Shown here in pieces: positions 1-10,868 of a stretch of 64,000 bases of DNA. The stretch covers positions 987-64,986 of the forward strand of contig JACKBK010000018.1 in assembly GCA_020634555.1 (NCBI GenBank). Reading direction: 5' to 3'. The notes under the pieces were generated by a model that worked only from the letters and a program-made list of their open reading frames with translations, ran no database searches and had not been told where the DNA came from. How positions within the stretch are numbered: the stretch's first letter is position 1; the number at the start of each line of letters is the position of its first letter. The stretch comes from Caldilineae bacterium. GTDB taxonomy: Bacteria; Chloroflexota; Anaerolineae; JAAEKA01. Position numbers and translations under genes: made by a program.

Positions 1-542
1 ATGGCCTGGATGTTGTCGACCAACGCGGCTCGCAGCAAGTCATCGATTTCGGCGATGGACTTGCCGCGGTTGTCCGCTTCGGCCAGCAGGCGACTTTTAA
101 GCGGATAGGGCGCAGTGGCGACCTGCAGGGGCTGGCCGCGCCGGCAAGTGATCTGCCACACCTTCTCGCGGTCGCCTACGATCACATTGGGCACGTCCAG
201 GGTGCTGAAAATGCTGATGCTGGTAGCGCGCTGGGCAACGGCGGGCAGGTCGTGGTTGCCCACCAGCATGACCACCGGGATATCAGCGTCAGCCAGCCGT
301 TTCATGCGCCGGGCGAACTCGCGCTGGTAAGTGGGATTCGGATCGCGCGTCTTGTAGGCGTCGCCGGCGAAGATGACGACATCCACCTCGTTGTCCAGCG
401 CAAAGCTCACCGCGTCGCTCAGCCGGCGCAGGAAATCCATCACGCGGCCGTTGATGCCGGTCTGAGGATCAAGACGGCCATAGTTCTCCATGCCGATGTG
501 GATATCGGCGATGTGTAGCAATCGGATAGGTGGATACGTCAC
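1..542 (-). CDS. sbcD: SbcD/Mre11-type metallophosphoesterase nuclease subunit. The N-terminal part is present and the gene runs off the left edge.
   Basis: Absent from the ORF track because the window edge cuts it. My minus-strand translation from GTG at 542 reads VTYPPIRLLHIADIHIGMENYGRLDPQTGINGRVMDFLRRL..VDVVIFAGDAYKTRDP..IPVVMLVGNHDLP. This gives the DxH, GD and GNHD calcineurin-fold motifs in SbcD/Mre11 order. The plus-strand ORFs 115..330 and 252..518 are its antisense shadows. Confidence 0.7.
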   Translation of the reverse strand, partial: MTYPPIRLLHIADIHIGMENYGRLDPQTGINGRVMDFLRRLSDAVSFALDNEVDVVIFAGDAYKTRDPNPTYQREFARRMKRLADADIPVVMLVGNHDLPAVAQRATSISIFSTLDVPNVIVGDREKVWQITCRRGQPLQVATAPYPLKSRLLAEADNRGKSIAEIDDLLRAALVDNIQA

Positions 543-708
543 GGTTCGGATAATATCACCAACTTCTGTTCCGGCAAAGCCGTGTTTTTGGACTGCATCG
601 CTTCGCGCGGCTTAGCCGCCAACAAGCAGGATGGGGAGCAAGAGACTGTGCAACTTGACCTCTCGCGAGATCTCTCCAAATCTTTGTTTGATCAGTCAAC
701 AAAACCAG

Positions 709-2373
709 TCACGCGAGTTTGCCGGCGTCGTGAACGATTACGCCGTCGAAAATGGTCATCACCGGTCGCGTCCCTGCGATCTCTGCCGGTGGAACGGCGA
801 AAATGTCGCGGTCCAGCACCACCAGATCGGCCAGCTTGCCGGGCGTGATGCTGCCGAGGCGGTCCGACAAGCCCGTGGCGTAAGCCGGTCCGGCTGTGTA
901 GCCAGCGACGGCTTCGGCAACGGTCAGACGCTGTTCAGGATGCCAGCCGCCGGCCGGATGGTCGTTGAGCCGCTGGCGGGTCACAGCAGCGTGGAGACCC
1001 TCGAACGGATTGGGGCTGGCGACCGGACAGTCTGAACCCAGCGCCAGCACCGCGCCACCCTCAAGGAGCGTGCGGAAAGCATAGGTCCAGCGGGCGCGTT
1101 CCTCGCCGATGGCCCGCTCCACCAGACCGATGTCGTCCTCCATGTGGATCGGCTGCACCGACGCCACCAGGTCCAGCTCACCCAGCCGGCGCAGGTCCTC
1201 GGGATGGCTGTGTTGCACGTGTTCGATGCGGTGCGGCGCGCTTGGCTGCGTCGCCGCGGATGCCCGCGCGCGCGGCAAGACCTCGCTGAACACGTCCAGC
1301 AGCTCGCGGATGGCCCGATCTCCGATGGCGTGGATGGCGACCGAGATGCCAGCTTCATGGGCACGCTCCACCTTGTCCGCGATCACGTCCATAGGCACAA
1401 CCGGCAACCCGGCGCCGCCATCACGGTATGGATCCAGCATCCAGGCAGTGCGCGCGCCCAGCGACCCATCGGCGAAGAGCTTGATACCGCCCATACGCAG
1501 CCGGTCATCGCCGAATCCGGTACGCAGACCGAGATCGATGGCGCCATCCAGCGCGTCGCCGGCGATGTGGCTCCAGACGCGCAGGTTCAACTCGCCGCGC
1601 GCCCACAGCCGCTGCCACGTAGCCCACGCCGTCTGGCCCTCCGTGATGCCGGTGGAGCGAAAGTCGTGGACGCCGGTCAGACCTAAACGGTGCATCTCGG
1701 CAATCGCGTCACGCATAGCCGCGTCCACTTCGGCCTCCGTCGAGCGGGGGATGACAGCATCGACCCGCTTCATAGCCTCGTCGCGCAGGACACCGGTTGG
1801 CTGGCCGGCTGCGTCGCGGTCGATGACGCCGGCCGGAGGATCGGGCGTCGCGGCGTCGATGCCCGCCAGCCGCAACACCGCCGAGTTGGCCACAGCCAGG
1901 TGCAGGTCGCTGCGCAGCAAGTAAACCGGCACATCCGCGGCAACTGCGTCCAGGTCGTGGCGGGTCGGGAAGCGTTGTTCGGGCCAGTTAGTCTCGTTCC
2001 AGCCCTGGCCACGGACCCATTGGGCGGGTTGAGTGTCTTCCGCGGCAGCCGCCACCGCGTCGACTACGGCCGCCAACGACGGCAGGCCGGCCAACCGCAG
2101 ACGCGTCCGGCTCATGGCCCAGCCGCGGAAGTGAAAGTGCGCGTCGGTGAGACCTGGCAGCACGCGATGGCCGTCAAGGTCGATGACCAGGGAGCGGCTT
2201 GTGCGCAGCGAGCGGATGTCGTCGTCGCTGCCGACCGCCAGAAACCGGCCATCGCGAATTGCGACTGCGGTTGCGGCAGGCATAGCCAGGTCCTGGCTCC
2301 AAATCTGACCGTTGAGGAGGATGAGATCGGGCATGAGTTTCTCTATTTCAGGGGGAAGTGGCAAGACAGCCAC
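709..2373 (-). CDS. Amidohydrolase-family metal-dependent hydrolase (YtcJ-like / Amidohydro_3 type)
   Basis: 554-aa ORF. N-terminal LPGLTDAHFHF metal-binding motif, central HAIGDRA and C-terminal GSDCPV motifs typical of this family. Confidence 0.8.
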   Translation of the reverse strand: MAVLPLPPEIEKLMPDLILLNGQIWSQDLAMPAATAVAIRDGRFLAVGSDDDIRSLRTSRSLVIDLDGHRVLPGLTDAHFHFRGWAMSRTRLRLAGLPSLAAVVDAVAAAAEDTQPAQWVRGQGWNETNWPEQRFPTRHDLDAVAADVPVYLLRSDLHLAVANSAVLRLAGIDAATPDPPAGVIDRDAAGQPTGVLRDEAMKRVDAVIPRSTEAEVDAAMRDAIAEMHRLGLTGVHDFRSTGITEGQTAWATWQRLWARGELNLRVWSHIAGDALDGAIDLGLRTGFGDDRLRMGGIKLFADGSLGARTAWMLDPYRDGGAGLPVVPMDVIADKVERAHEAGISVAIHAIGDRAIRELLDVFSEVLPRARASAATQPSAPHRIEHVQHSHPEDLRRLGELDLVASVQPIHMEDDIGLVERAIGEERARWTYAFRTLLEGGAVLALGSDCPVASPNPFEGLHAAVTRQRLNDHPAGGWHPEQRLTVAEAVAGYTAGPAYATGLSDRLGSITPGKLADLVVLDRDIFAVPPAEIAGTRPVMTIFDGVIVHDAGKLA

Positions 2374-2469
2374 GATTATAGGTCAACGCACAAGGCAGGT
2401 CAAACGTCGCTGGCGTGATGCGATTGGCACTCTCTTGCGTGAAACAGCTCGGCGGTGAACCACGCGAAA

Positions 2470-2501
2470 GAAGCTCGACTTTGCGGAAAAAGTCGAGCTT
2501 C
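2470..2501. repeat. 32-nt palindromic hairpin element (GAAGCTCGACTTT-GCGGAA-AAAGTCGAGCTTC). It belongs to the same family as 47864..47895.
   Basis: Perfect 13-bp stem read directly. It lies 39 nt downstream of the stop of the minus-strand acyl-CoA dehydrogenase gene. A near-identical copy follows a cytochrome c gene. Confidence 0.7.
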
Positions 2502-2539
2502 GGGGAGGAATGCAATGCGTGATGAACGCTTCGGAAGGG

Positions 2540-3682
2540 CTACCGGAACAGCTCGCGGGCGATGATCACTCGCTGGATCTGCGATGTTCCTTCGTAGATC
2601 TGGTAGATCTTGGCGTCGCGCATCAGCTTTTCGACGGGATACTCGGCGCTGTAGCCGTAGCCGCCAAAGACCTGTACGGCGTCGGTGGTGGCTTTCATGG
2701 CCACATCGGCAGCAAATGCCTTGGCAAAAGCCGCTTCTTTGACGTTGTTCTCGCCGCGATCCACCAGCCAGGCCGACTTGTAGACCAGCAGGCGAGCCGC
2801 CTCGACGTTCATCGCCATTTCTGCCACCATGAAACTGACGCCCTGGTTGCTGGAGATTGGCTTGCCGAAGGCATAGCGCTCGTTGCCATAGCGAACAGCC
2901 TCGTCCAGTGCCCGCTGAGCAACACCCACCGCGGCGGCTGAAACAGTAGGACGGCTGCGGTCAAAAACCTTCATAGCGATGATGAACCCTTGTCCCTCCT
3001 CGCCCAACCGGTTCTCAACCGGCACCTCTACATCCTGCAAGAACACCTCACCTGTCCAGGCTGCGTGCTGGCCCAGTTTGTGAATGGGCTTGCCGGTGCT
3101 AACACCGGGCCAGTCCTTCTCCACCACAAAAACCGACATGCCGCGGTGGCGCGCGGTGGGATCGGTTTTAGCAAAGATCACGAAGTAATCAGCCACCGGT
3201 GCGTTGGTGATCCAGGTCTTGCTGCCGTTGAGAATGTAGGCGCCATTCTTGCGGATGGCGGTAGTCTTAATGCCTGCCACGTCAGATCCGGCAGCAGGCT
3301 CAGTCAGGCCATACGCGGCCATCTTGCCCTTGTCCATCAGCCATTCGCCGAGATACTTCTGTTTCTGAGCCTCGTTGCCAGCCAGAATTATCGGCCAGCT
3401 TGCCAGGCTATTGAGCATCATCGCGGTCTGGATGCCGGAGCAGCCCCAGGCCAACTCCTCGTTGACAATACACTCGCCCAGCACATCCAGGCCAGGGCCG
3501 CCATACTCTTCGGGAATATTGACGTTCATCAGGCCGAGCTGCAAGCCCTGGCGAATGATCGGCCAGGGATACTCGCCGCTGGTGTCGTAGTGCTCGGCGA
3601 CCGGCTTGATCTCCTTCTCGGCAAACTGGTGAGCCAGATCGCGCACCATGCGCTGTTCGTCGTTGAACTGGAAGTCTAGCAT
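2540..3682 (-). CDS. Acyl-CoA dehydrogenase
   Basis: The ORF track gives 2540..3811. I trim to the ATG at 3682 ([20 protein letters not shown]...), which is preceded by GAGGAGAACCAACG. Full-length ACAD-like sequence ending ...[16 protein letters not shown]. Confidence 0.9.
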   Translation of the reverse strand: MLDFQFNDEQRMVRDLAHQFAEKEIKPVAEHYDTSGEYPWPIIRQGLQLGLMNVNIPEEYGGPGLDVLGECIVNEELAWGCSGIQTAMMLNSLASWPIILAGNEAQKQKYLGEWLMDKGKMAAYGLTEPAAGSDVAGIKTTAIRKNGAYILNGSKTWITNAPVADYFVIFAKTDPTARHRGMSVFVVEKDWPGVSTGKPIHKLGQHAAWTGEVFLQDVEVPVENRLGEEGQGFIIAMKVFDRSRPTVSAAAVGVAQRALDEAVRYGNERYAFGKPISSNQGVSFMVAEMAMNVEAARLLVYKSAWLVDRGENNVKEAAFAKAFAADVAMKATTDAVQVFGGYGYSAEYPVEKLMRDAKIYQIYEGTSQIQRVIIARELFR

Positions 3683-3866
3683 CGTTGGTTCTCCTCTTTT
3701 GGCTGCCAGAAATAAGCTATGACGCGGTGTGTCAATTGGCCCAATTGTAACACTAGTGAGCCGTGAGCACAAGTGGAACGCTGAACCGTGAGTACTGCGC
3801 AGGCCACACATGAGAGCTGCTCACCTTGCCACTCACTGTCTACGTTCACATGATAGCAAGGACAGG

Positions 3867-3996
3867 GTAACTATTCAGCCTCAGACTTCGGAAGTCGCCG
3901 GTTCTATGTAACACCCAGCCCAACGCGGTTAGGGACGCTTCCTCCTTGCTTCGGCGACTTCCGAAGTCTATCGCTCCGTGTTGCCTGAATAGTTAC
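3867..3996. mobile_element. MITE-like composite palindromic element, about 130 bp
   Basis: Outer inverted repeat: GTAACTATTCAG (3867-3878) / CTGAATAGTTAC (3985-3996). Inner inverted repeat: AGACTTCGGAAGTCGCCG (3883-3900) / CGGCGACTTCCGAAGTCT (3952-3969). GGACAGG occurs on both flanks (3860-3866 and 3998-4004) and may be a target-site duplication. The element sits between divergent genes. Confidence 0.6.
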
Positions 3997-4112
3997 GGGA
4001 CAGGAATGTATTGCGCTTGACCTACATCTGTGGTATGCTGCGCGCCGCCTGCAATTGCGAACAAAACAACAGCTTCTACTTGTTCCGAAGCGAAAAGGAG
4101 CGCCAATACTAC

Positions 4113-5195
<1,083 letters not shown>

Positions 5196-5215
5196 GCACG
5201 CGTGTAATGGGCGCT

Positions 5216-5255
5216 GACGCGAAACGATCCGGGGTGTCCCGGATCGTTTCGCGTC
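5216..5255. terminator. Strong hairpin between convergent genes; candidate bidirectional terminator
   Basis: GACGCGAAACGATCCGGG-GTGT-CCCGGATCGTTTCGCGTC forms an 18-bp perfect stem. There is no clear U-tract on either side. Confidence 0.5.
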
Positions 5256-5348
5256 TATGTCAGGGCAATTTTGGCGCCGGGTATCAACGCGGCGTTGATC
5301 AGCACCACGGTGTCGGCGCGCCTGGCGAGCTACCGCACTGTCGCATTC

Positions 5349-5879
5349 TCACTGCGTGGCGGTTCCGTTGGTAGCCGGAGCGCCCAGCGCCAGGTTGATC
5401 TGCTCCAGGCTGTCGCCAGGTGTGCTGTCGGCGGCGCAAGCCATCTCCCAGGCAAGGCGGTCCATACTGGAGCGCAGCAACTGTGTGTCAACGCTCGTCA
5501 AATGATGTTTCTCACCGTGCCAGAACAGATCCCGGATCACTTCGGCCAACTCAACCGGCCGGGTAACCTTGATCCGTTCACGCACAGTGGCTTGCCGGCG
5601 CTTGTAGTCATCCGGCAACGAATTTGGCTCGCTGCGCAGCGTCTGCAGGACGTTTCCTAAGCGGTCACTAGACATAACTGAGCGAAGCCCCAGCCGATCC
5701 GCGCGCCGCACAGGGACACGCACGGTCAGGTTCTGCTCGTAGATGTCGATGACGTAGTAACGTCGAAAGCCGGCGATGGCAGCGTCAATCTGCTCAACGG
5801 CCGTAATCAGACCCGGTCCATGGGCAGGATGAACAACCCTGTCATAGACTGCGAATTCACCGTTGGAGCTGTCGTTCAT
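5349..5879 (-). CDS. carD: CarD/CdnL-family RNA-polymerase-binding transcriptional regulator
   Basis: ORF 5349..5912 trimmed to the ATG at 5879 (MNDSSNGEFAVYDRVVHPAHGPGLI...), preceded by AAGGAG. N-terminal Tudor-like segment (FxxGDxVVHPxHG type), YYVIDI and a C-terminal helical part. Confidence 0.85.
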   Translation of the reverse strand: MNDSSNGEFAVYDRVVHPAHGPGLITAVEQIDAAIAGFRRYYVIDIYEQNLTVRVPVRRADRLGLRSVMSSDRLGNVLQTLRSEPNSLPDDYKRRQATVRERIKVTRPVELAEVIRDLFWHGEKHHLTSVDTQLLRSSMDRLAWEMACAADSTPGDSLEQINLALGAPATNGTATQ

Positions 5880-5908
5880 AGTTACTCCTTGTGCAAGTTT
5901 GGGATGCG

Positions 5909-7138
5909 TCAAGCTATTACTTCTGGCTCACCTTCGACCCAGTCGATCACGACTGCTGGTTCCTGTGCTACGGTCTCCATGCCTTCGCCTTCGTCGCTGG
6001 CGCCGTCATCCTGCGGCACATCGCGCATGCTGAGGGCGATGCGCTGGCGGCCGGCATCGATGCCCACGACGCGCACCTGCACTGTGTCTCCCGGCGCGAC
6101 GACTTCTGATGGGTGGCTCACCGAGTGATCAGAGAGACGGCTGATGTGAATTAACCCCACCAGCCCCTGCTCAATACGGGCAAAGGCGCCAAACGGAGCG
6201 ACGTTGACAATAGTTGCCGACACGACCTGTCCGGCAAAGAGGCGGGAATAGATATCATCCCACGGCGACGGCAGAAGCTGCTTGATGCTCAGACCGATGC
6301 GTTCCCGCTCACGATCGAGCTTGATAACACGCACCCGCACTTCTTCACCAACCTGCAGGGCATCCTTGGGGTCGTTCACCATCTCGTGGCTGATCTCACT
6401 GATATGCACCAGCCCATCGGCGCCGCCAATGTCCACAAAGGCGCCGAAGCCAGCCAACGACGATATCTTGCCGCTGACCACATCCCCTACCGACAGGTTC
6501 GCCAGCAGCTCTTCACGGCGTTTGCGCCGATAGACCCGCTCGGCCTTGCGCTGGGACAGGACAAGCCGGCGCTTGGACTGGGAAACCTCCAGGAGCTTGA
6601 GGCGCAACACCTTGCCAGGCATGGCACGCAGCCAGTCAGACTTGTCCTGGTCAGACATGCCGCGCCTGTAATCGACCAAATGCGAGGCTGGCACGAAACC
6701 GGTCAACTGGTTAAAGGCGACCGTGACGCCGCCCGAGTTGTAGCCGCTGACCTGCAGTTCCAGCACCTCGTCTGCCTCCAGAAGGCGCTCGGCTTCCTGC
6801 CAGTCATCCAGTTCCTTACCCTTCGACAGCGAAAGAACCAGTTCGCCGGATGAGTTTTGCGCGCTCAATACAAACACCGGCACTTCATCGCCAACTGCCA
6901 AAGCAGCCAGTATCTCGTCATCCAGCCTGCCCAGATCACGGGCCGAGACAAATCCATCTCGTTTGGCGCCGATGTCGACCAGCACTGCCTCAGGCCGCAC
7001 CTCCAGGATCGTTCCCATGATCAAATCGCCTTGCTTTGGGCGCTTGTAGTCGTAATCCTCCTGCCACACCTCGCTCCAGTGTTGTCCTGGTTCGATCCCC
7101 GAAGTCAGATCAGCCTGATCGGCTGTGCTTTCTGTCAT
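5909..7138 (-). CDS. S1 RNA-binding-domain protein with four S1 repeats (ribosomal protein S1-like)
   Basis: 409-aa ORF with repeated GxxxxGxVxxxxxxGaFVdiG-type S1 modules, for example GDLIMGTILEV..VLVDIG, GDVVSGKISSLAGFGAFVDIG and GQVVSATIVNVAPFGAFARI. AAAGGAG lies 6 nt before the ATG. Confidence 0.85.
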   Translation of the reverse strand: MTESTADQADLTSGIEPGQHWSEVWQEDYDYKRPKQGDLIMGTILEVRPEAVLVDIGAKRDGFVSARDLGRLDDEILAALAVGDEVPVFVLSAQNSSGELVLSLSKGKELDDWQEAERLLEADEVLELQVSGYNSGGVTVAFNQLTGFVPASHLVDYRRGMSDQDKSDWLRAMPGKVLRLKLLEVSQSKRRLVLSQRKAERVYRRKRREELLANLSVGDVVSGKISSLAGFGAFVDIGGADGLVHISEISHEMVNDPKDALQVGEEVRVRVIKLDRERERIGLSIKQLLPSPWDDIYSRLFAGQVVSATIVNVAPFGAFARIEQGLVGLIHISRLSDHSVSHPSEVVAPGDTVQVRVVGIDAGRQRIALSMRDVPQDDGASDEGEGMETVAQEPAVVIDWVEGEPEVIA

Positions 7139-7302
7139 TCCACACTCCTTTTGTTGTGTTGATAGTCGAGTAATTTGGTAGACATAACCAAATTCATTAA
7201 CAAACGCCGAACCCGGAGTTCACGAGACTCCGCAACGCTGCATACCAATATACCCCCTGATATGTTGGAAGCCTGGCGCTGTTCAGGTTTTATGGCAGAG
7301 GG

Positions 7303-7331
7303 ATTATACCCCAGGTGAGCGCTTTCGTCAA
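7303..7331 (-). promoter_or_regulatory. Sigma-70-type promoter for the S1-domain gene
   Basis: The minus strand reads TTGACG, a 17-nt spacer, then TATAAT. This would give a 5' UTR of about 160 nt. Confidence 0.5.
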
Positions 7332-7371
7332 AAGCCTCCAGACCTCCCCGCACCCTTGGGTTGAGCTGTGG

Positions 7372-8319
7372 TCAGACGTCCAACGGCTCTTTAAAATCGA
7401 AGATACCGGCGCGCACGGGCCAGCGCCGTCCACAGTGTGTACAGTCCATCGACACACCGCCATCGGTCAACGAACCGCGGCATTCGGGACACTGAAAAAG
7501 GCTGGCTGGCAGAGCGGATGGCGCAGACCCGGGAACGCGGCAGCGCACGAAAACACTGGGGGTGAGCTTCCAGCGCGCGCCGATTCCCTGCACCGCGCCG
7601 TCAGCGGCTGCCAGGTAGCGAGCCGGAACCAGTTGCTTGAGAACTGCGATGCGGAAGTGCGACACAGCCAGTTCCTGCTCGATGGTGAGGCCCGCTGACC
7701 GGAACCGAGCGGTCATCCAGTCGGGGTGAAAGTCGAAGTTGAGGGGGACAAACTCATAGGGGTTCGAGTCGAAAGGACTCCACTGCTGGCGGCGCAAAGC
7801 GTAGCGCGCGATAGACTTGAGGTGGCGCTTGCTGGCGTACTCGGCCACCAGCGCGCCGCCCGGAGCGACCGTGCGACCGATCTCCGCCAGCGCGGCCGCG
7901 ACGTCAGCCAGATGGTGCATCACGCGCACAATGACACCGGTGTCGACAACACCGTCCACCAGCGGCAGCTTGTACAAATTAGCCGCCACAAAGACGAAGC
8001 GTTGGTCATGCCCCAAGCGCGCTTGAGCTTGCGCCAGCAGCGAGCGCGAGTAATCCAACAGGATCACCTGATCGTAGCCGCCGTAGAGGTCGGCCAAACG
8101 GCCAAAGGCCGCACCGAACTCGACCAGCCGCCGGCCGGCCGGCGGAACCAGCTTGCGCAGCGCTATGCGCTCGGCCCGATCCTCGTAATCGCGCTCGCCA
8201 CTGCCCCAGAACCGCTCCTGGTAGTCAGACCCCTCGTAATCCATAACCTCGGGAGGCGCGCCACCAGTGGTGTTTGCGGTGCCCTGAGAAACGTTTTTTG
8301 TATCGCTTTGCGTATTCAT
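7372..8319 (-). CDS. Class I SAM-dependent methyltransferase with a C-terminal Trm112-like zinc ribbon
   Basis: 315-aa ORF. LVEFGAAFGR motif-I-like segment. C-terminus CPECRGSL..CTHCGRRWPVRAGIFDF (CxxC..CxxC). Confidence 0.75.
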   Translation of the reverse strand: MNTQSDTKNVSQGTANTTGGAPPEVMDYEGSDYQERFWGSGERDYEDRAERIALRKLVPPAGRRLVEFGAAFGRLADLYGGYDQVILLDYSRSLLAQAQARLGHDQRFVFVAANLYKLPLVDGVVDTGVIVRVMHHLADVAAALAEIGRTVAPGGALVAEYASKRHLKSIARYALRRQQWSPFDSNPYEFVPLNFDFHPDWMTARFRSAGLTIEQELAVSHFRIAVLKQLVPARYLAAADGAVQGIGARWKLTPSVFVRCRVPGSAPSALPASLFQCPECRGSLTDGGVSMDCTHCGRRWPVRAGIFDFKEPLDV

Positions 8320-8489
8320 TGTTTCACGTGAAACACGGTTATGACAAACATGCGTGGATTCTACAGGCAGTCGTGTGTCGTGTGCATGGCCTGCCGCGCC
8401 AGCGATTATAGCACGGCTGGCGCGCTCGCACCAAGCGCCAAGCCGGATCGGGAAGGGTAACCCGCCGGATGGATGCCGCGCAAATCACC

Positions 8490-8518
8490 TTGTCATGGAA
8501 CAGCGCTTCAGGTAGAAT
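8490..8518 (+). promoter_or_regulatory. Sigma-70-type promoter for the moxR operon
   Basis: TTGTCA, a 17-nt spacer, then TAGAAT, about 110 nt upstream of the MoxR start. Confidence 0.45.
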
Positions 8519-8627
8519 ACCCGCAGCAGTATTTGCCCGCGGATGGGTAGCTCAAAGGAAACGCTGATATCTTCCTTTCTCGGCTCATCCGCGTCCTCCC
8601 CTATCTGCGAATCAGTGCTGCCCGCAG

Positions 8628-9623
8628 ATGACCATTAGAACGTCAACCAGAACAGGATCGCCTCCCATGCACTCTGTCGAAGACATTCAGTCGTTTGCCA
8701 GGCAGGTTACGGAGAACGTCGAGCGGGTGATCGTCAGCAAGAGCCAGGTCGTCGAGCTGCTGCTCGTGGCCTTGCTGTGCGATGGCCACGTTCTGCTGGA
8801 GGATGTGCCCGGCGTTGGCAAGACCATGCTGGCACGCTCGCTGGCAGTCAGCCTGGGCGTGACTTTCAAACGTGTCCAGTGTACGCCGGACCTGCTGCCC
8901 AACGACATTACCGGCGTGTCGGTCTTCAACCAGCAGACGCGCCAGTTCGAGTTCATGCCGGGGCCTGCCTTTGCGCACATTCTGCTGGCCGATGAGATCA
9001 ACCGGGCGACGCCCCGAACCCAGTCGGCGCTTCTGGAAGCCATGGGTGAGCGCCAGGTCACGGTAGACGGCGTGACGCGCGCACTGCCGCGGCCGTTCAT
9101 GGTGATGGCAACCCAGAACCCGATCGAGTACGAAGGTACCTTTCCACTGCCGGAGGCACAGTTGGACCGCTTTCTGCTCAAAGTAAGCCTGGGCTACCTG
9201 ACCGTTGAAGAGGAAAAAAACCTACTGCTGCACCTTCGCCGCCAGCACCCTATCGACACGCTACAGCCGGTGATCGACGGCGCGACAGTAGCAGACTTGA
9301 GCGAGGCCGTCTGGGAGGTACATGTCGACGACACGATCCGCGACTACATCGTGCGCCTGGTCGATGCCACGCGGCAGCATCCCGATCTGCTGCTGGGCGC
9401 CAGCCCGCGCGGCTCACTGGCCCTATATCGCAGCAGCCAGGCGTTGGCGGCGCTGCGGGGCCGCTCCTTTGTCCTGCCCGACGACGTCAAGCTGCTGGCG
9501 CCGCTGGCATTGGCGCACCGCTGTATTGTTCAGCCCGAAAGCGCGCTGCGCGGGCGCACCGCACAAGCCATCGTCAACGACCTGCTAGACCAGGTGGCGC
9601 TGGATATCGGCGAACTGTCCTGA
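8628..9623 (+). CDS. MoxR-family AAA+ ATPase
   Basis: Walker A LEDVPGVGKT, Walker B LLADEINRA, and the conserved MATQNPIEYEGTFPLPEAQLDRF segment. The start could instead be the internal ATG at 8667. Confidence 0.9.
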   Translation: MTIRTSTRTGSPPMHSVEDIQSFARQVTENVERVIVSKSQVVELLLVALLCDGHVLLEDVPGVGKTMLARSLAVSLGVTFKRVQCTPDLLPNDITGVSVFNQQTRQFEFMPGPAFAHILLADEINRATPRTQSALLEAMGERQVTVDGVTRALPRPFMVMATQNPIEYEGTFPLPEAQLDRFLLKVSLGYLTVEEEKNLLLHLRRQHPIDTLQPVIDGATVADLSEAVWEVHVDDTIRDYIVRLVDATRQHPDLLLGASPRGSLALYRSSQALAALRGRSFVLPDDVKLLAPLALAHRCIVQPESALRGRTAQAIVNDLLDQVALDIGELS

Positions 9624-9626
9624 ACC

Positions 9627-10868
9627 GTGCGTGATTTCTCGTATCTGCTGATTGCTCTCCTGGCGCTGGCCCTGCTGCTACGCCTGGACTTCGTGTTCTA
9701 CATTGTATATGTCGTTGGCGGCATCTGGCTGCTGGCGCGCTGGTCGACGCCGCGCAGCCTGGCAGCACTGCGAGTACGCCGCCAGTTCACCGACCATGCG
9801 TTTCTGGAGGAACGGATCGCCGTGTCGTTGGAACTCAGCAATTCCTCCTGGTTTCCCATCCCCTGGCTGCGTCTGACCGAAACGTTGCCGCTGGCGCTGG
9901 CGCCGTCGGAGCAGTTCAATCGGGTCTACACGCTGCGACCGCGCGAGCGGGTGGTGATCGACTACGAACTATACTGCACACGGCGCGGCTACTATCCGCT
10001 CGGTCCGCTGCACCTGAGTGTCGGCGACCTGTTTGGTTTTAGCGACGCGGCCGGGCGGGAAGATGCCCAACAGTATCTGACCGTCTATCCGCGCATCATC
10101 CCGCTGGTGCGTCTGGATCTTCCCTCCCCCCTGCCGCACGGCACACTGAGCGCGTCACGTCGCCTCTTCGAGGATCCGGCGCGGCTGCGCGGCGTTCGGA
10201 AGTATCAGGACGGCGACAACTTGCGCCGTATCCACTGGAAGGCCAGCGCACATGCCGACACGTTGCTCGTGAAACAGTTTTCTCCCTCGATCTCGCTGGA
10301 AAGCATGGTATTGCTCAATCTCAACGGGCGTGACTACCACCGCCAGCGCATCTACAGCGCCAGCGAATGGGCCATCGTAGTCGCAGCGTCGGTGGCGACC
10401 TATCTCGAAAGCATGCGCCAGGCGGTTGGACTGGCAACCAACGGCAGCGATCCGCTGAGCAGCACAGAAACAAGCGCGCCGGGAGGCACAACGCATCCCG
10501 CCGCGATCCCGCCCCGCCCCGGCCGCCAACATCTGATGAAGGCATTGGAGACCCTGGCGCGTGTCGAGGTAGCCGACCACGACGAATCGTTCGTCCATTG
10601 GGCGCAGAGCAGCGCCGTTTCTCTTGCGTGGGGAACAACCGTTCTAGTTATCACGCCCCTGGCCGACGAGACCGTCTGCCAGGGGTTCCACCGGTTGACG
10701 CGAGCCGGAATGAACGTCGTCCTGCTGGTGACAGAACCATACGTCAACTTCGGTCTCGTGCGCGAGCGGGCGCGCCGCCTGGGCTTGCGGGCCTACCAGA
10801 TGGCATCGGAGGAGGATCTGACCCGCCTGCAAGCGGTCTCGTCCCGCCCCGTCGGAGTAGCAGCCTGA
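9627..10868 (+). CDS. DUF58-domain protein (MoxR partner)
   Basis: 413-aa ORF starting 4 nt after the moxR stop. N-terminal TM segments and the DUF58 signature VRKYQDGDNLRRIHWKASAH. Confidence 0.85.
   Translation: MRDFSYLLIALLALALLLRLDFVFYIVYVVGGIWLLARWSTPRSLAALRVRRQFTDHAFLEERIAVSLELSNSSWFPIPWLRLTETLPLALAPSEQFNRVYTLRPRERVVIDYELYCTRRGYYPLGPLHLSVGDLFGFSDAAGREDAQQYLTVYPRIIPLVRLDLPSPLPHGTLSASRRLFEDPARLRGVRKYQDGDNLRRIHWKASAHADTLLVKQFSPSISLESMVLLNLNGRDYHRQRIYSASEWAIVVAASVATYLESMRQAVGLATNGSDPLSSTETSAPGGTTHPAAIPPRPGRQHLMKALETLARVEVADHDESFVHWAQSSAVSLAWGTTVLVITPLADETVCQGFHRLTRAGMNVVLLVTEPYVNFGLVRERARRLGLRAYQMASEEDLTRLQAVSSRPVGVAA

Noticed and set aside
7085-7110. GGTTCGATCCCC string resembling a tRNA T-arm
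   Set aside because: It lies inside the S1-domain coding sequence. No acceptor or anticodon stems can be built around it. I found no convincing tRNA or rRNA anywhere in the window.
7135-7353. 72-aa minus-strand ORF upstream of the S1-domain gene
   Set aside because: It lies within the predicted 5' UTR (promoter at 7303..7331) and overlaps the S1 gene start. It is AT-rich and has no RBS. I interpret it as leader sequence.
10367-10867. Long N-terminal extensions of several ORFs in the track (10367, 13504, 28374, 31307, 33535, 22516, 4011, 3811, 61245, 61519)
   Set aside because: The extensions overlap the preceding, well-supported gene in another frame and are Arg/Pro-rich. In each case an internal ATG sits at an ATGA/TGATG stop-start junction or behind a Shine-Dalgarno sequence, and that gives the family-typical N-terminus.
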